Shown one piece after another: positions 1 to 12,098 of a stretch of DNA of 64,000 nt. The stretch covers positions 19,406,001-19,470,000 of the forward strand of contig OX597821.1 in assembly GCA_951406725.2 (NCBI GenBank). The letters are read 5' to 3'. The translations under genes and the position numbers were made by a program. The notes beneath the pieces are model-generated. The model was not told the origin of the DNA. It saw only the letters and a list, made by a program, of their open reading frames with translations, and searched no databases. The stretch comes from Octopus vulgaris. Taxonomy: Eukaryota. Position 1 is the first letter of the stretch, and every line of letters begins with the position of its first letter.

Positions 1-257
1 GGTTCATCTGGGATCTTGGATAGCAAGTTGTTTCTTGAAAAAAAATATACCCCCCACCTCATGGAGATTCTTCAAATATTTTGGTAAGGAGTTAAGTGGC
101 TGTGGGCCCTTGAATCCCAAGCTATTGCAGCACATGTTTCTCACTTTAGATGAGACTGAGACAGCTGATACATTTGGAACTGTGTAGTGACGTCCAACAT
201 GAGGTCTAGTATAACTCTCAATTCCAAAGTTTGGTGTCAGTCCCCCAGTATCTTCCA
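1..257 (-). mobile_element. LINE (CR1/L2/Jockey-group) ORF2 C-terminal fragment, degenerate
   Basis: ORF 4..264 (GGLTPNFGI..GRHYTVP..NSLGFKGPQPLNSLPKYLKNL..FFKKQL) resembles the C-terminus of AP-endonuclease LINE ORF2 (GPxLFNxLP..FKxxLD). Confidence 0.7.
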
Positions 258-272
258 CACACACTCACACAT

Positions 273-315
<43 letters not shown>

Positions 316-892
316 TGCAAGTGGATGTAAATAGAGTAATACATGATAAACACATACATATGCTCACACGCGAAGACATGTAAATGCTAGGTGGCAGTGT
401 TGGTGCTGTTATTGATGATCATTACTGGCGGTGGCGTTGGTGCTGACTCGTCTCGATGATGATGGTGGTGGTGGTGTTGGCTGTGATGGTACTGGTTTTT
501 GCTTTGATACTATTTTAGTTGTGATTAGTTATATATTATTGAAAAACATCGTATGATCACAAGAAACTTTGCTGTGTCCGATAGGTATAGAAACAGAGGC
601 AATGGGAGAAATGGTTGTTTATGCATCGTTTCCTCTATACTGGAGGCGACGAATGTCTTCCAAGTATGTAGTTTGGCGTACGTGGTAACGCCCTGTGCAA
701 TTGAATACAAAACCATCCCCGGTAGTCGCTGCTTGGCTGTTTTCTTTTCCCTCCGATATATATTATACTTTGAAAAACAGCACAACTATGTATTTAGAGG
801 AATACTGCAGTAATTTGCCATTAACATATTTATATTTACTATGATACATAGATGGCGATTTCAATTTAATATTTCTATTGCAAATATCGGAC

Positions 893-955
893 ATGTATGT
901 ATGTATGTATGTATGTATGTATGTATATATATATATATATGTATATATATGTATG

Positions 956-1030
<75 letters not shown>
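893..1030. repeat. (TATG)n/(TA)n microsatellite
   Basis: Seen directly. Confidence 0.97.
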
Positions 1031-2478
1031 CTTCAATATATATCCGCTGTTCCTCAAAAAACCAGATTACTGCTACAGCCACATGAGGTCTACAGAATAA
1101 AGATTTCACGAAGCTTTCTTTATACAGCCAAAAGGCAACCATCTATACTACGATAAAGAAAGCTACATATAATTTAGACACGATTATGCAACTTTTAGTA
1201 AATAAAGCAATTATTAATGCCTACGCTGTCTAAAAGATTCTTAAAAAATTCTGATTTCAATATATTTTTGTCAATTGTTGCTTAACGTATTTATTAAAGA
1301 AAATATTAAATAGAGAACATTAATTTTAATTAATAGTAAGATAGTCTTCGCTTTTTGTCATTTCTCCCTCTCTTACACTTTCACACACTTTATAACGCTA
1401 CTTTCTGCAGACATATCACTAAAAGCATGTCTCCAAACTATGAGTTTTATCCAGCGTCAGTCAAATTATATTGATTCCAGAATTCTTTCATATTTGTTGG
1501 ATTTTTTTAAGAAAGAGAATGTTGAAGTAGAAAAAGTGGTTCAAATTTACGTCAATTCTAGCGACTAAAAACCCATTATGTTTCAATTAAAATATGTGAT
1601 AGCCATGCATAATGTTTTAAAAGACATAACCATCTTAGTAGATTACTAACGCAAATGATAAGGACAGGAACATGTTATCTGTTAAATATTTTCGACAGTT
1701 AATTCCTTTGTTGAGATCAGCTCTCGTGTTATCGTAGTTCATAAGATTATGATGATGAGTAATATTAACACTTTCCGTCTCTGCATATGTGCACATGTGT
1801 AATTGACTTCTATTAATGCAATATATATATATATGCAGACGGAACGGAAAAGTAATGAAGAACAAATATCCCATGTTATGAAATTACGTGTTCGAATCTA
1901 CAGTAAGTTTTTCTACATGAGTTTTTCCCCAGTACAATTCAAATTTTGTCATACGAAATCTTCTGATATATATCTACATGATAAGCTGAAGTCTTTTATG
2001 TTCCTAAATTAAATCAACATAATATTTGATTTCTTCATGAAATCTAACACTATCTTTGAGTCCTTGCTATTATTCTAAATATATTTATTGAGTGAATATT
2101 ATGAGACGAATAAAGGTTAGAAAGATAAATTGGACACAACATAGAAAAAATACACGAATTGGAAATCAAAGGTGTAAATAATATTTTAGCTACAAGCACC
2201 AATTTGCCCGAAGAGCAGTGTTTTACATAAAGTGTGTAAACGATCAATATAAGTCTATAAAATTGCCGACAGCAGAATATAATTGTTTTCTGTTCATATC
2301 TGTCATAAAATAGAAATGTTACACTTTTAAGTTGAATGAGGAATGAAATTGCCAAATCCCTTTCGGCCAGGTCACAGATGTCAATAACGTTATTCCCAGT
2401 GTCTGCACGGAAATATGTATTTATGTATTATACTTTTCTGACAACAAATCTCCTAAGAAGAATTGTAACAAGGTCCCC

Positions 2479-2480
<2 letters not shown>

Positions 2481-2534
<54 letters not shown>

Positions 2535-2700
2535 ATCGTGATATATAAAATAACTTTTTTCAGCACATCAACTTTCGGTATGGGAATAATTTACAAACTT
2601 TTACGCTAATAGATCAACATCGTTCCTGAAATTTGGATTATATATATATTTATATATAATCCAAATTTCAGGAACACATGGTGGTTTATTATATACATTG

Positions 2701-2742
<42 letters not shown>

Positions 2743-3266
2743 TACATACATACATACATACATACATACATACATACATACATACATAGATACATACATA
2801 CATACATACATACATACATACATACATACATACATACATACATACATACATACATACATACATACATACATACATACATACATACATACATACATACATA
2901 CATACATACATGCATACATACATACATACACACACACACACATACATACATACATACATACATACATACATACATACATACATACATACATACATACATA
3001 CATACATACATACATACATACATACATACATACATACATACATACATACATACATACATAGATACATACATACATAATACATACATACATACATACATAC
3101 ATACATACATACATACATACACACACACATACATACATAATACATACATACATACATACATACATACATACATACATACACACACACATACATACATACA
3201 TACATACATACATACATACATACATACATACATACATACATACATACATACATACATACATACATA
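2481..3266. repeat. (CA)n tracts plus a ~530-bp (TACA)n microsatellite
   Basis: Seen directly; source of the YIHT/MYVC ORFs. Confidence 0.97.
2622..2675. repeat. Short inverted repeat around a TA spacer
   Basis: GTTCCTGAAATTTGGATTATATATA ... TATATATAATCCAAATTTCAGGAAC. Confidence 0.85.
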
Positions 3267-3393
3267 ATCTTTCTGTCGAAGGGCGTAGGCTCGAAACGTA
3301 ATAAACTATTTCTATTCCTGAGCGCTATACTGATACATTTGTTTGTTTGTATACCACATACCTTCGTCTTTTGTTTATTTTCGTAAACTTTCC

Positions 3394-3397
<4 letters not shown>
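3266..3397 (+). mobile_element. Penelope-like terminal fragment with a variant minimal hammerhead motif
   Basis: TCTTT-CTGTCGA-A-GGGC-GTAG-GCTC-GAAAC-GTA between (TACA)n and (TA)n; related copy at 22720-22872. Confidence 0.55.
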
Positions 3398-3449
<52 letters not shown>

Positions 3450-3491
3450 TCTTTAGAATTTTTGCCACCAGCAGTGGAAAAATTAAATAGT

Positions 3492-3580
<89 letters not shown>

Positions 3581-3639
3581 TATTATATATATATATATAT
3601 ATATAGTATGTATATATACATATATATATATATACTACG

Positions 3640-3930
3640 GTATGACGACGGTACGATCAACGGAAAAGCTTGAAGTTAACGTGCAAGTGGCTAAGCACTC
3701 CACAAACACCGTCTACCCTTAACGTAGTTCTCAGGGAGTTTCAGCGGGACACATAGTCTGACAAGGCTGGCCCTTTGAAATAGAGGTACTACTCATTTTT
3801 GCCATCTGAGTGGACTGGATCAATGTGAAATAAAGTATCTTGCTCAAGGACACAAAGCGTCGCCGGGAATCGAACTGACGACCTTACGATCGTGAGTCGA
3901 ATGCCCTAACCACCAAGCCACGCGGCTCCA
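3640..3930 (-). mobile_element. tRNA-derived SINE (family C)
   Basis: Minus-strand head TGGAGCCGCGTGGCTTGGTGGTTAGGGC..GTTCGATTCC with A/B boxes; 3' part shared with 48793-49159. Confidence 0.8.
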
Positions 3931-3970
3931 CACACACGCAGGTGTATGTGAGTGAGTGTCTCTGTGTGTG

Positions 3971-4028
<58 letters not shown>

Positions 4029-4147
4029 GTATATATATGTATGTGTATGTATGTGTATTTGTGTATGTATATATGTGTATGTGTTTGTACGTGTGTATAT
4101 GTGAGTGTACGTACATGTATATATTCCGTATGTATTATACATATGTA

Positions 4148-4803
4148 TTGTGTTGAGTCAAAGGTTGGCTGTATTTTGCCTTTATTTGTCATGTTACAAG
4201 AACAACCTGGCATTCGAAGTAGAGGCCATTGTGTTGCACCCTCTGAAGCCACCTTTATACCAGTTCTTTGATCCCACGCTTCCACCGGATCCTCTTCTTC
4301 GAGGCAAAGAACTCCGTCCCTGATGTTACATCGTGTTTTGATTGAGGAAGTGTTGCGATCGCAGGTAGTGAGCGATGGATAAGAACAAGCAAAAACCAGA
4401 GGAAGATATTCATCCGCAAATCTAAGGTGAAGAAGTATGGTTAAGCAAGGGCCAAATTCCGGAATTTTTGCCAAACATGGGTGTTTCGAAAACATGTGTT
4501 GCTCTGGGTCTGGTGGAATTATGAAGACTTAATTAACTATAATATTGTTCTGCACAGTAGAATCATCGATACAAACATGTACTCCGAGCACCTGGATTCA
4601 ATAAATGCTATTGTGCGGCAAAAATACCCGGCTTTGGTTATCAGAAAGCGATCTCTTCCACAACATAACAACGCAGGACCTCATACCCGCTCGAACGACC
4701 CAGAACAGATTTCAGAAACTTGAAACTAGTCTGCTTTTGTTTTAACTTAAAGAAAATTGCTAATAGGTTACCAAAATATTGCAAAACGTTTGACTCAACA
4801 CAA
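4148..4803 (+). mobile_element. Internally deleted mariner DNA transposon
   Basis: TIRs TTGTGTTGAGTCAAA / TTTGACTCAACACAA with TA on both sides; transposase relic KHVLLWVWWN..YSEHL..KYPALVIRK..HNNAGPHT (HDNARPH-like, catalytic D lost). Confidence 0.9.
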
Positions 4804-4811
4804 TATATATA

Positions 4812-4960
4812 TAACTTAGCGGTTCGGCAAAAGAGACTGATAGAATAAGTACTAGGCTTACAAATAATAAGTCCTGGGGTCGATTTGCTCGGCTAAAGGC
4901 GGTGCTCCAGCATGGCCGCAGTCAAATGACTGAAACAAGTAAAAGAAAAGAAAGAAAGAA
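4812..4960 (+). mobile_element. SINE family A, 3' part
   Basis: CTTAGCGGTTCGGCAAAAGAGAC..GGCGGTGCTCCAGCATGGCCGCAGTCAAATGACTGAAAC plus A-rich tail. Confidence 0.85.
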
Positions 4961-5031
4961 TATATATATGTATATGTCACAGACACAGATACACACGCGC
5001 ACAAAGTTGATAATTTACAATTTTTTTAAAT

Positions 5032-5108
5032 ACTTTTGACGTGCGCTGTTTCAGAAAATGAATAATTTCCCTAAAATTTTAAAGAAACTCATGACGTCTT
5101 CAGCCCCT
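5032..5108 (-). ncRNA. Degenerate type I hammerhead motif
   Basis: Minus strand CTGAAGA (5103-5097), long hairpin, GAAAC (5052-5048), AGCGCAC, GTC; no stem I partner visible. Confidence 0.4.
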
Positions 5109-5133
5109 CTCTGTCTCTGTCTCTGTCTCTGTC

Positions 5134-5184
<51 letters not shown>

Positions 5185-5540
5185 GTATATTATGAATATG
5201 TATATATCTATATATATGTATATGTATATATGTATATGTCTCTCTCTCTATATATATATATATGTATATATGTATATATATATATGTGTGTGCGTCACAA
5301 CTCGAGACCTTGAAGACTGCTTTAATGCAAGAAAGTATACTAGTCCTTTAATATTTGATATTCAATATTTCATCTATTCAATAAGACAATCAATACTTCA
5401 TTTCATTTTACTATATATACTATTTTTACTATATTCCTATATTCTACATTAATATTATAAAGAATATAAATAAAACATAAAAGCAGATTTGGAATTCCAT
5501 TGAATAATATATATCCCTCTATACGCAATCATACAAATCC

Positions 5541-5574
<34 letters not shown>

Positions 5575-5577
<3 letters not shown>

Positions 5578-5855
5578 CAATTTATTTTGCTGAAGGCTTG
5601 GTAGGTAGCAGCGGTTCTGAAGAAGAAGTTAATAAGAAGAACGAGTAGCAAAAAAAGAGAAAGAAGGAAAAGACAAGAAAAAAGGAAAATATCCTACCAA
5701 TTTCAAGACTATGGAAATATTTTAAAGAAACATCTCATTTAATTTATCCACAATTTAATTGTTTTTCTTACTTTATTCTAACTTGAAGAAGTTGACAAGA
5801 CTGAAACTGGTACTAAAATGTTCTTCATGATAAATTTATTTCAGCATTTTCCTTA
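5575..5855 (+). mobile_element. Penelope-like terminal fragment with a degenerate hammerhead motif (5775-5819)
   Basis: TTGAAGA-AGT-TGACAAG-ACT-GAAAC-TG-GTA-CTAAAAT; flanked by (TA)n and (TACA)n. Confidence 0.45.
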
Positions 5856-6179
5856 TACATACATACATACATACATACATACATACATACATACATACAT
5901 ACATACATACATACATTCATACATATAAAGTACACAAAAACATACATATAATATTTCCAACGAGGACATGTAGGTTAACGGATATATATCCTACGGACCA
6001 CGGGACCAGTCGTTTAACTAAATGAATCTGATTTCCCATAGCACATTAGCGAGGATTCCTTTTCCCCTGCTTACACTTAAACGGATGTATAGTTGATGAA
6101 TTCTTATTGGATAAAGCTTTCTTTATTCAGTTCGCTGTTTCTTATCTAATGAAAAGGTTTCGTCATGGGAAATATGCAA

Positions 6180-6520
6180 GTTGGATATTATATAGCAACA
6201 GTCGTTTTTCCTTAGGGCAGATACCAATAACGAATCTGTTGCAAAAGCTAGTATGAGAGTTGTTTATTTGTGCTTGACGAAACGAAAACCACTTTCTGGC
6301 GGTAAGTTAATTAAATCTTATATGATACCAGCAACTGAAGATATTTGTCCAGGGAAAACTAGATTTAAGAATATTAACCTTTCTGCGAAAAGAGTAAACA
6401 GAAGAGTCGTAAACATAGAGGAAATGAGATATCCTGTGCCCGTTAAACAACAAACACAAAATATCCACTGGTATTTCTCTGGCTCTTGATGAACCAACAG
6501 ATGTGTTTGACAATTCGGTG
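6180..6520 (+). mobile_element. hAT (Charlie/SPIN/GTF2IRD2-like) transposase relic, N-terminal catalytic region
   Basis: KASMRVVY..KRKPLSGGKLIKSYM..EDICPGK..FKNINLSAKRVNRRV then a frameshifted FSLALDEPTD motif. Confidence 0.8.
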
Positions 6521-6722
6521 TGATCGTTAATTCCTTGAATGAACTTCCATGATGTCTTTAACTGGAAATTATTAACTTGCACTTAAAGGCTAACAGAAAC
6601 GCAAACTTAATTGAATACACTATCTAAACAATTCGAAGGACACTTTGATAATCTGCTCCCAAAATATAAATAAAATTCGTATTATCATTGACTGGTAAAA
6701 TTGTAAATACATAATCTTTTTA

Positions 6723-7130
6723 CTTTTTTACTCTTTTACTCTTTTACTTGTTTCAGTCATTTGACTGCGGCCATGCTGGAGCACCGCCTTTAGTCGGGCA
6801 AATCGACCCCGGGACTTATTCTTTGTAAGCCCAGTGCTTATTCTATCAGTCTCTTTTGCCAAACCGCTAAGTGACGGGGACGTAAACACACCACCATCGG
6901 CTGACAAGCAATGCTAGGGGGACAAACACAGACACACAAACACACACACACATACATATATATATATACATATATACGACAGGCTTCTTTCAGTTTCCGT
7001 CTACCAAATCCACTCACAAGGCATTGGTCGGCCCGGGGCTATAGCAGAAGACACTTGCCCAAGATGCCACGCAGTGGGACTGAACCCGGAACCATGTGGT
7101 TGGTTAGCAAGCTACTTACCATACAGCCAC
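6723..7130 (-). mobile_element. SINE family A, near full length, with 11-bp TSD
   Basis: tRNA-like head, central CA/TA tract, (AGTAAAAG)n tail; TSD TAATCTTTTTA at 6712-6722 and 7131-7141. Confidence 0.92.
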
Positions 7131-7192
7131 TAATCTTTTTATGAAAAATCGTTAAATATGTTTCAAAACGAGCGACACTCTACAACATAAAT

Positions 7193-8900
7193 AATGACAA
7201 CAAAGAGTTCTATATGTGGGTTTAGGTATTGATACCTAGTCTAGATATTGAAAATGCTGTTGGTTTTAATACATAGCGGGAAATATTGATGTCAAGTATG
7301 ATTCAAGCAAGATATAAATTCGGTATCTGAAGCAAAACTTTAAAAATTGCTTTGAACCCAGAGTCTAACTGTTCACGTTCCATCCATCCATACATACATG
7401 CACAGAGTACGAGAGAAGTTATGTCAGAGTGTATATGTGGAGTTTCGTGATATGAAAACAATATGGAGAATAATTTTTCATTTGTGTTTATATTTCGAAT
7501 ATTTTATTTTACAGTAATAAATATTTTTTTGAGAATTAATCGTCATTTGATGAACTTCGCGTAAGCGAAGCTAAATTATTAATATAATTATTGCGTGCAA
7601 ACCCAATTTCCTGATATTTGCTTTGGCCCCAAAAGTATACATGCAAAGTTACCCACCGCATTACTGGTAACGTATTACGGGTAACTCCAGTCAATTTATA
7701 GTTGATATATAATAATCCTGATATCAATGTAATTAAACGTAACGACCACATCGTAACTCCAACTGACACACTTCTGATTCGGTGTTAGATTTCTTAAGCA
7801 TTAGCATACGAAATCACTTCTGCTGATGGTGATACTGCTAAGTGTTATATCTTGTAGAAGTAAGTGTTATTATCGCAGGTAACCTGTAAATGAGGCTAAC
7901 ATAGATTATTTCACAAATACTGAGGTACAACATATTAAATAAACTATAATACATTCAGCCCACCCAAACAAAAATATGTCAATATGATTGGTTTCAAATT
8001 TTGTCACTAGTCCAGCAATTTAAGAGGGTACAGTATGTCGATGATATCGATCACAATGCTTTACTAGTACTTACATTATCGACCCCGAAAGGATGAAATT
8101 TAAGGTCGACCTCGGTGGTATTTGATCTCAGAACATAGAGGCGGACGAAATACCGCTAAGCGTTTGCCCAGCGTGCTAACAATTTTGCCCGCTCGCCAGC
8201 TTAATATGATATTTTAAAAAATCCGTTGAAAGGCAAAGAGCCAGCAGAAGTACTGGCAGACCGGACAAAATGATTAACCACATTTTTTCCGGCTTCACAT
8301 TCTGAGCTCAAATTCCAGCGAAGTCAACTTTGCCTTTGATCTTCCCAGGGCTTATGAAATAAAGCAGCAGTTGTGTACTGGAGTCGATGTAACTGACTAT
8401 CACGCTCCCTTAAAATTTCGTGTCTTGTGCCTACATTAGAAAGAATATTGGTTACAAATTGTGGTTCAAGGCTAGCAATTTCGTTGGAGGGCGTTAAATC
8501 GATTACATCGACCTCAGTATTCAACTGGTACTTATTTTCTCGAACCTGAAAAGAGAAAAGTCAAGTTGATCCTACGGCTTTTGAACTCAGAGCGTATATT
8601 CGGTCGAAATACCGCAATTTGTTTTTCCTCTGGTGCGGTATCAATTCTGCTAACTCGCTTCATTACAGTAGAATGAATATTAAAACCTAGTAGTTACTGT
8701 AAGTCCATGATGAAACGCGAACGGAGAGATTCTAGTTTCAAAGCAATTTTTAAAATTTTGCTTCAGATACCGAATTCATATCTTGTTTGAATCATACTTC
8801 ACATCAATATTTCCTGCTATGTATTAAGACCAATAACATTTCCAATATCTAGAATAGGTATCAACACCTAAACCCACATATAGAACTCTTTGTTGCCATT
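7193..8900. repeat. Diverged inverted repeat pair of ~190 bp (7193-7384 / 8709-8900)
   Basis: For example CAAAGAGTTCTATATGTGGGTTTAGGT on the left versus ACCTAAACCCACATATAGAACTCTTTG on the right; scattered mismatches. Confidence 0.88.
7988..8662. mobile_element. Cluster of three old family B SINEs (-, +, -)
   Basis: Core ATCGACCCCGAAAGGATGAAA..GTCGACCTCGG..TTTGAACTCAGAAC and its reverse complement. Confidence 0.8.
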
Positions 8901-9512
8901 TTCTTTGTTTGCTTGTGAAGCAAAAAAATAAAAATTATATCGAAAAATATTGTATCCTTCAGAATTCGCTTGAAGCATCGGAATGTGTATAAAGGATGTA
9001 AATGTTCGTAAAAATCCTTCGACCAACGCTGTTGAGAAGTTAGGCAAACTATATAAGGTGATGTCAACAAAGAAAAGAATGAGAAAAGATAATGAATAAC
9101 CTTACAAAGGTTGTTTAATGATCGTATGATATATCAAGAAATAATCCCGTATTGAAATAGAAGGAAATAATCAGAGTTTAGAGAAATGCGTTGTACTAGC
9201 GGGCCTATTGATATTAATAGCTATGATTGGAAACTTACCAAGATGCTAGAGTTTTTTTAATTAGTAAATAATTCAATATTCCGAGAAGACTGGAGAAACA
9301 TAATTTAACAGCCACTAACAACCTGCCACAACATAATGTATATGAATAATATATATATTGACTTTCAAACAAGAAAGAGAGAGAGGAGGGGAGAAAGTTG
9401 GGGATAGAGAAGGGGAGACAAACAGAGAGAAATTTATTTGACAGCAGAAGAAAACCAGGTAAATAGGTGTATGTCACCTAAACGAAAAATGTTTACTCGC
9501 TTCCTCGCAAAA

Positions 9513-9562
<50 letters not shown>

Positions 9563-9741
9563 AACCTTCTCATTTCTGCAACGGAACTTGTAATGCTGTT
9601 GATTTTATACCTCTTTCATAAGAACAAATCTCTAACTTGTACTCTGGTTCTCCGTCCGAAAACTATATAAGGTTATACTCCTCTTTATCTGTTTATGTTT
9701 AGACACGCACACACACACATACATACACATACATACGAACT

Positions 9742-9779
<38 letters not shown>

Positions 9780-9859
9780 TACATATTCTACCTGGATTTT
9801 AGTATATATGAAACTGTAATCAAAAGTCGTTTTAGATTACCTTATTTATAATCTATGAA

Positions 9860-10090
9860 AAGAAAAAAGAAAACTATTTATCGGCAGAAACTTCATTAAA
9901 TCAAGTTATTCTCATCTACTTGAATACCAGACGGAAGTTCCTTAATATTGAAGTCAAATGGATTTTTTTTCTTTAATTCTTTCACATTTTCATGGAGATT
10001 TGAAAAACGACATTGAAATTCTAGTTTCCGACTAGTAAGAATAGAACGTCCTAGGCGAAATTGAAAGGAAATGGTAAATTCGCATTTTTT
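9860..10090 (-). mobile_element. hAT (SPIN/GTF2IRD2-like) transposase relic, C-terminal region
   Basis: KLEFQCRFSNLHENVKELK..NPFDFNIKELPSGIQV resembles the LxxEFxxRFxD..NPF....PxxxQxExI segment preceding the hAT dimerisation domain. Confidence 0.55.
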
Positions 10091-10540
10091 TTTCACAGAG
10101 CGGGAAGTTGTATATTTATAATTAACCTCGATTGCAATTAAGGTCAATATATATTGAAAAGCTTTAAGTGAAGCGTATATGTCGAAAATAAACTAAGAAT
10201 CACCGTGTATTTTAGATATTAAAGCTGACCTAGCCATTGAACTAGTCAAGAATACCAATTATCTCAGCCATTCAACCTACACACGTAGTGCAACCGAGTT
10301 TATGGCACACAAATTCATGTCAATCTCCAGCAGATGTTTAAACATTCGTGAGATAGCTTTACGCATAATGAGACAAATTAGACCAATGTGGTATCCAAAT
10401 AACTATATTCTGAAAATGATTTAAGCCGAGGCTGAATCAGTCATTGTGATAGAAGAGAGTATTTATGTGGATATATCTGATTCTATTACGTGACAGATCA
10501 AAGACAATTCCCTGTGAATATATCTAATTCTATCACATAA

Positions 10541-10700
10541 CAGGCGTGGCTGGCTGGTAAGACATTTAGTTCTCAGCTATTTGGTTCCGCTTTCAGTCCC
10601 ACTGCGTGGTATCTCGGGCAAGTGTCGTATAGTATGATCCAGGGTCTACCAAAATATTGTTAGCGGATTTGGTAGAGGGAAACACAAACAAATCCGCCAT
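10541..10700 (+). mobile_element. SINE family A, degenerate 5' half
   Basis: CAGGCGTGGCT..TTCAGTCCCACTGCGTGG..GGATTTGGTAGA. Confidence 0.7.
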
Positions 10701-10723
10701 AAATATATACATACATACATACA

Positions 10724-10770
<47 letters not shown>

Positions 10771-10773
<3 letters not shown>

Positions 10774-11338
10774 TAGTATAATTTTGGTAGTAATGACTTT
10801 GTCCCTCTTAGTGTGAGGCATTTATGTGTAATAATGCCCTCTATACAATATAGATATAATTAATTTGTTCAAAAGAAAAAAATTATTTTCGAATTCTTTT
10901 CTTTTATGAGGTTTTCACGCTAACTACCCGATAATTTCTTGTTAAGATCCCTTATTAAGAGGTTATCCTTAATTGTTAAACTTATTCCGAAATACTTTTT
11001 ATTACCCGACATGCAGTTCGTAAAAAGCCCGCCATTTACCGGATATATGATTTATAAACATTCCATGTGCTTGGCCGGAGTGATCAGTTGTCTGTTCGTC
11101 TTCGCTACGTAAGGTTGGTAGTTTATTTATGATGTGTTCAGAATCAGTTCTGCTGATGATCATAAGACGTAAGTTGAATGTGAAATCACGGTGATACAGA
11201 ACTAAATTCATTTTTTAAATGTCTTGCTTTGAAAAACTGCATTTAGGTATGATTAGTATAATTTTGGTAGTAATGACTTTGTCCCTCTTAGTGTGAGGCA
11301 TTTATGTGTAATAATGCCCTCTATACAATATAGATATA
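10771..11338 (+). mobile_element. 480-bp-period unit with an identical 88-bp terminal direct repeat, carrying a hammerhead ribozyme (Penelope pLTR or retrozyme-like)
   Basis: 10771-10858 equals 11251-11338; (TA)n on the left; HHR inside. Confidence 0.75.
11146..11203 (+). ncRNA. Type I hammerhead ribozyme, structurally complete; predicted cleavage after A11196 (AUA)
   Basis: Stem I AGTTCTG/CAGAACT (7 bp); core CTGATGA 11153-11159; stem II CAT..GAC-GTAA-GTT..ATG; GAAA 11182-11185; stem III ATCA-CGG-TGAT; then A. Confidence 0.85.
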
Positions 11339-11342
11339 TACA

Positions 11343-11553
11343 TATAAAATTAGTTTTTCGTAAGGAGATAAAAACCCAAGGCTGTGTAGATTTTATAACA
11401 TTTGTAAATAGTAGGTCTTACAGCTGTTTCAAGGATATTTATTATATGAAGGGATATAATAAATATCCTAGAAACAGCTGTAAGGCCTATTTATAAATAT
11501 TCTAAAATCTACACAGCGTTGGTGTTTTATCTCATTACGAAAAAAAATTATAT
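11343..11553. repeat. Palindrome of ~210 bp centred on a hammerhead core relic
   Basis: Arms mirror around GAAGGG (11448-11453); GAAAC-AGCT-GTA at 11471-11482 (+) and 11430-11419 (-); stem II GGATAT-AATAA-ATATCC. Confidence 0.85.
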
Positions 11554-11715
11554 ACATACCCTGATACATGACCTAAGTTGGCTCCCTTATTTGCATAATC
11601 ACCGAATCTAGAACATAACTATTGTCTACCCATAGCACTTATTCAGCATTACCTGACACCTTTGGGACTCACTGACACCATTACCTCTCATAACCTATAT
11701 ATATATATATACATA

Positions 11716-11809
11716 TAGGGCGGATTTCTTTCAGTTTCTATCTACCAAATCCGCTAACATGATTTTAGTAGATGCTGGGCTAAACTATACGACACTTGCC
11801 CGAGGTACC

Positions 11810-11882
<73 letters not shown>

Positions 11883-12098
11883 GTTGCATTTCTAACCCAC
11901 TACTGCTTGACAAATAGTGTTGAGTTCTTAACGTCTCAAAACTTAGCGTTTTGGGGAAAAACCGACTAATAGAATAAATAAAAAGTTTTAAAAGAAATTG
12001 AGTACTTGGGTTGATTTGCTTGACTAAAACCTTCATGACGGTACCTCAGTAAGGTCGTAGTTTAATGACTGAAGCAAGTGAAAGGGAAAAGATAAAAT
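11716..12098. mobile_element. Two degenerate SINE family A pieces (- at 11716-11810, + at 11895-12098) separated by TA/TG repeats
   Basis: TTCTTTCAGTTTC..CTACCAAATCC (-); CTTGACAA..CTTAGCG..AATGACTGAA (+). Confidence 0.65.

Noticed and set aside
525-2402. Open frames at 525-785/553-813 and 2050-2402 with acceptor-like sites
   Set aside because: No recognisable homology and no consistent splice chain
841-3267. Long YI/IY/MYVC/HTYI ORFs here and throughout the window
   Set aside because: Translations of (TA)n, (TACA)n and (CA)n microsatellites, which lack stop codons; not genes
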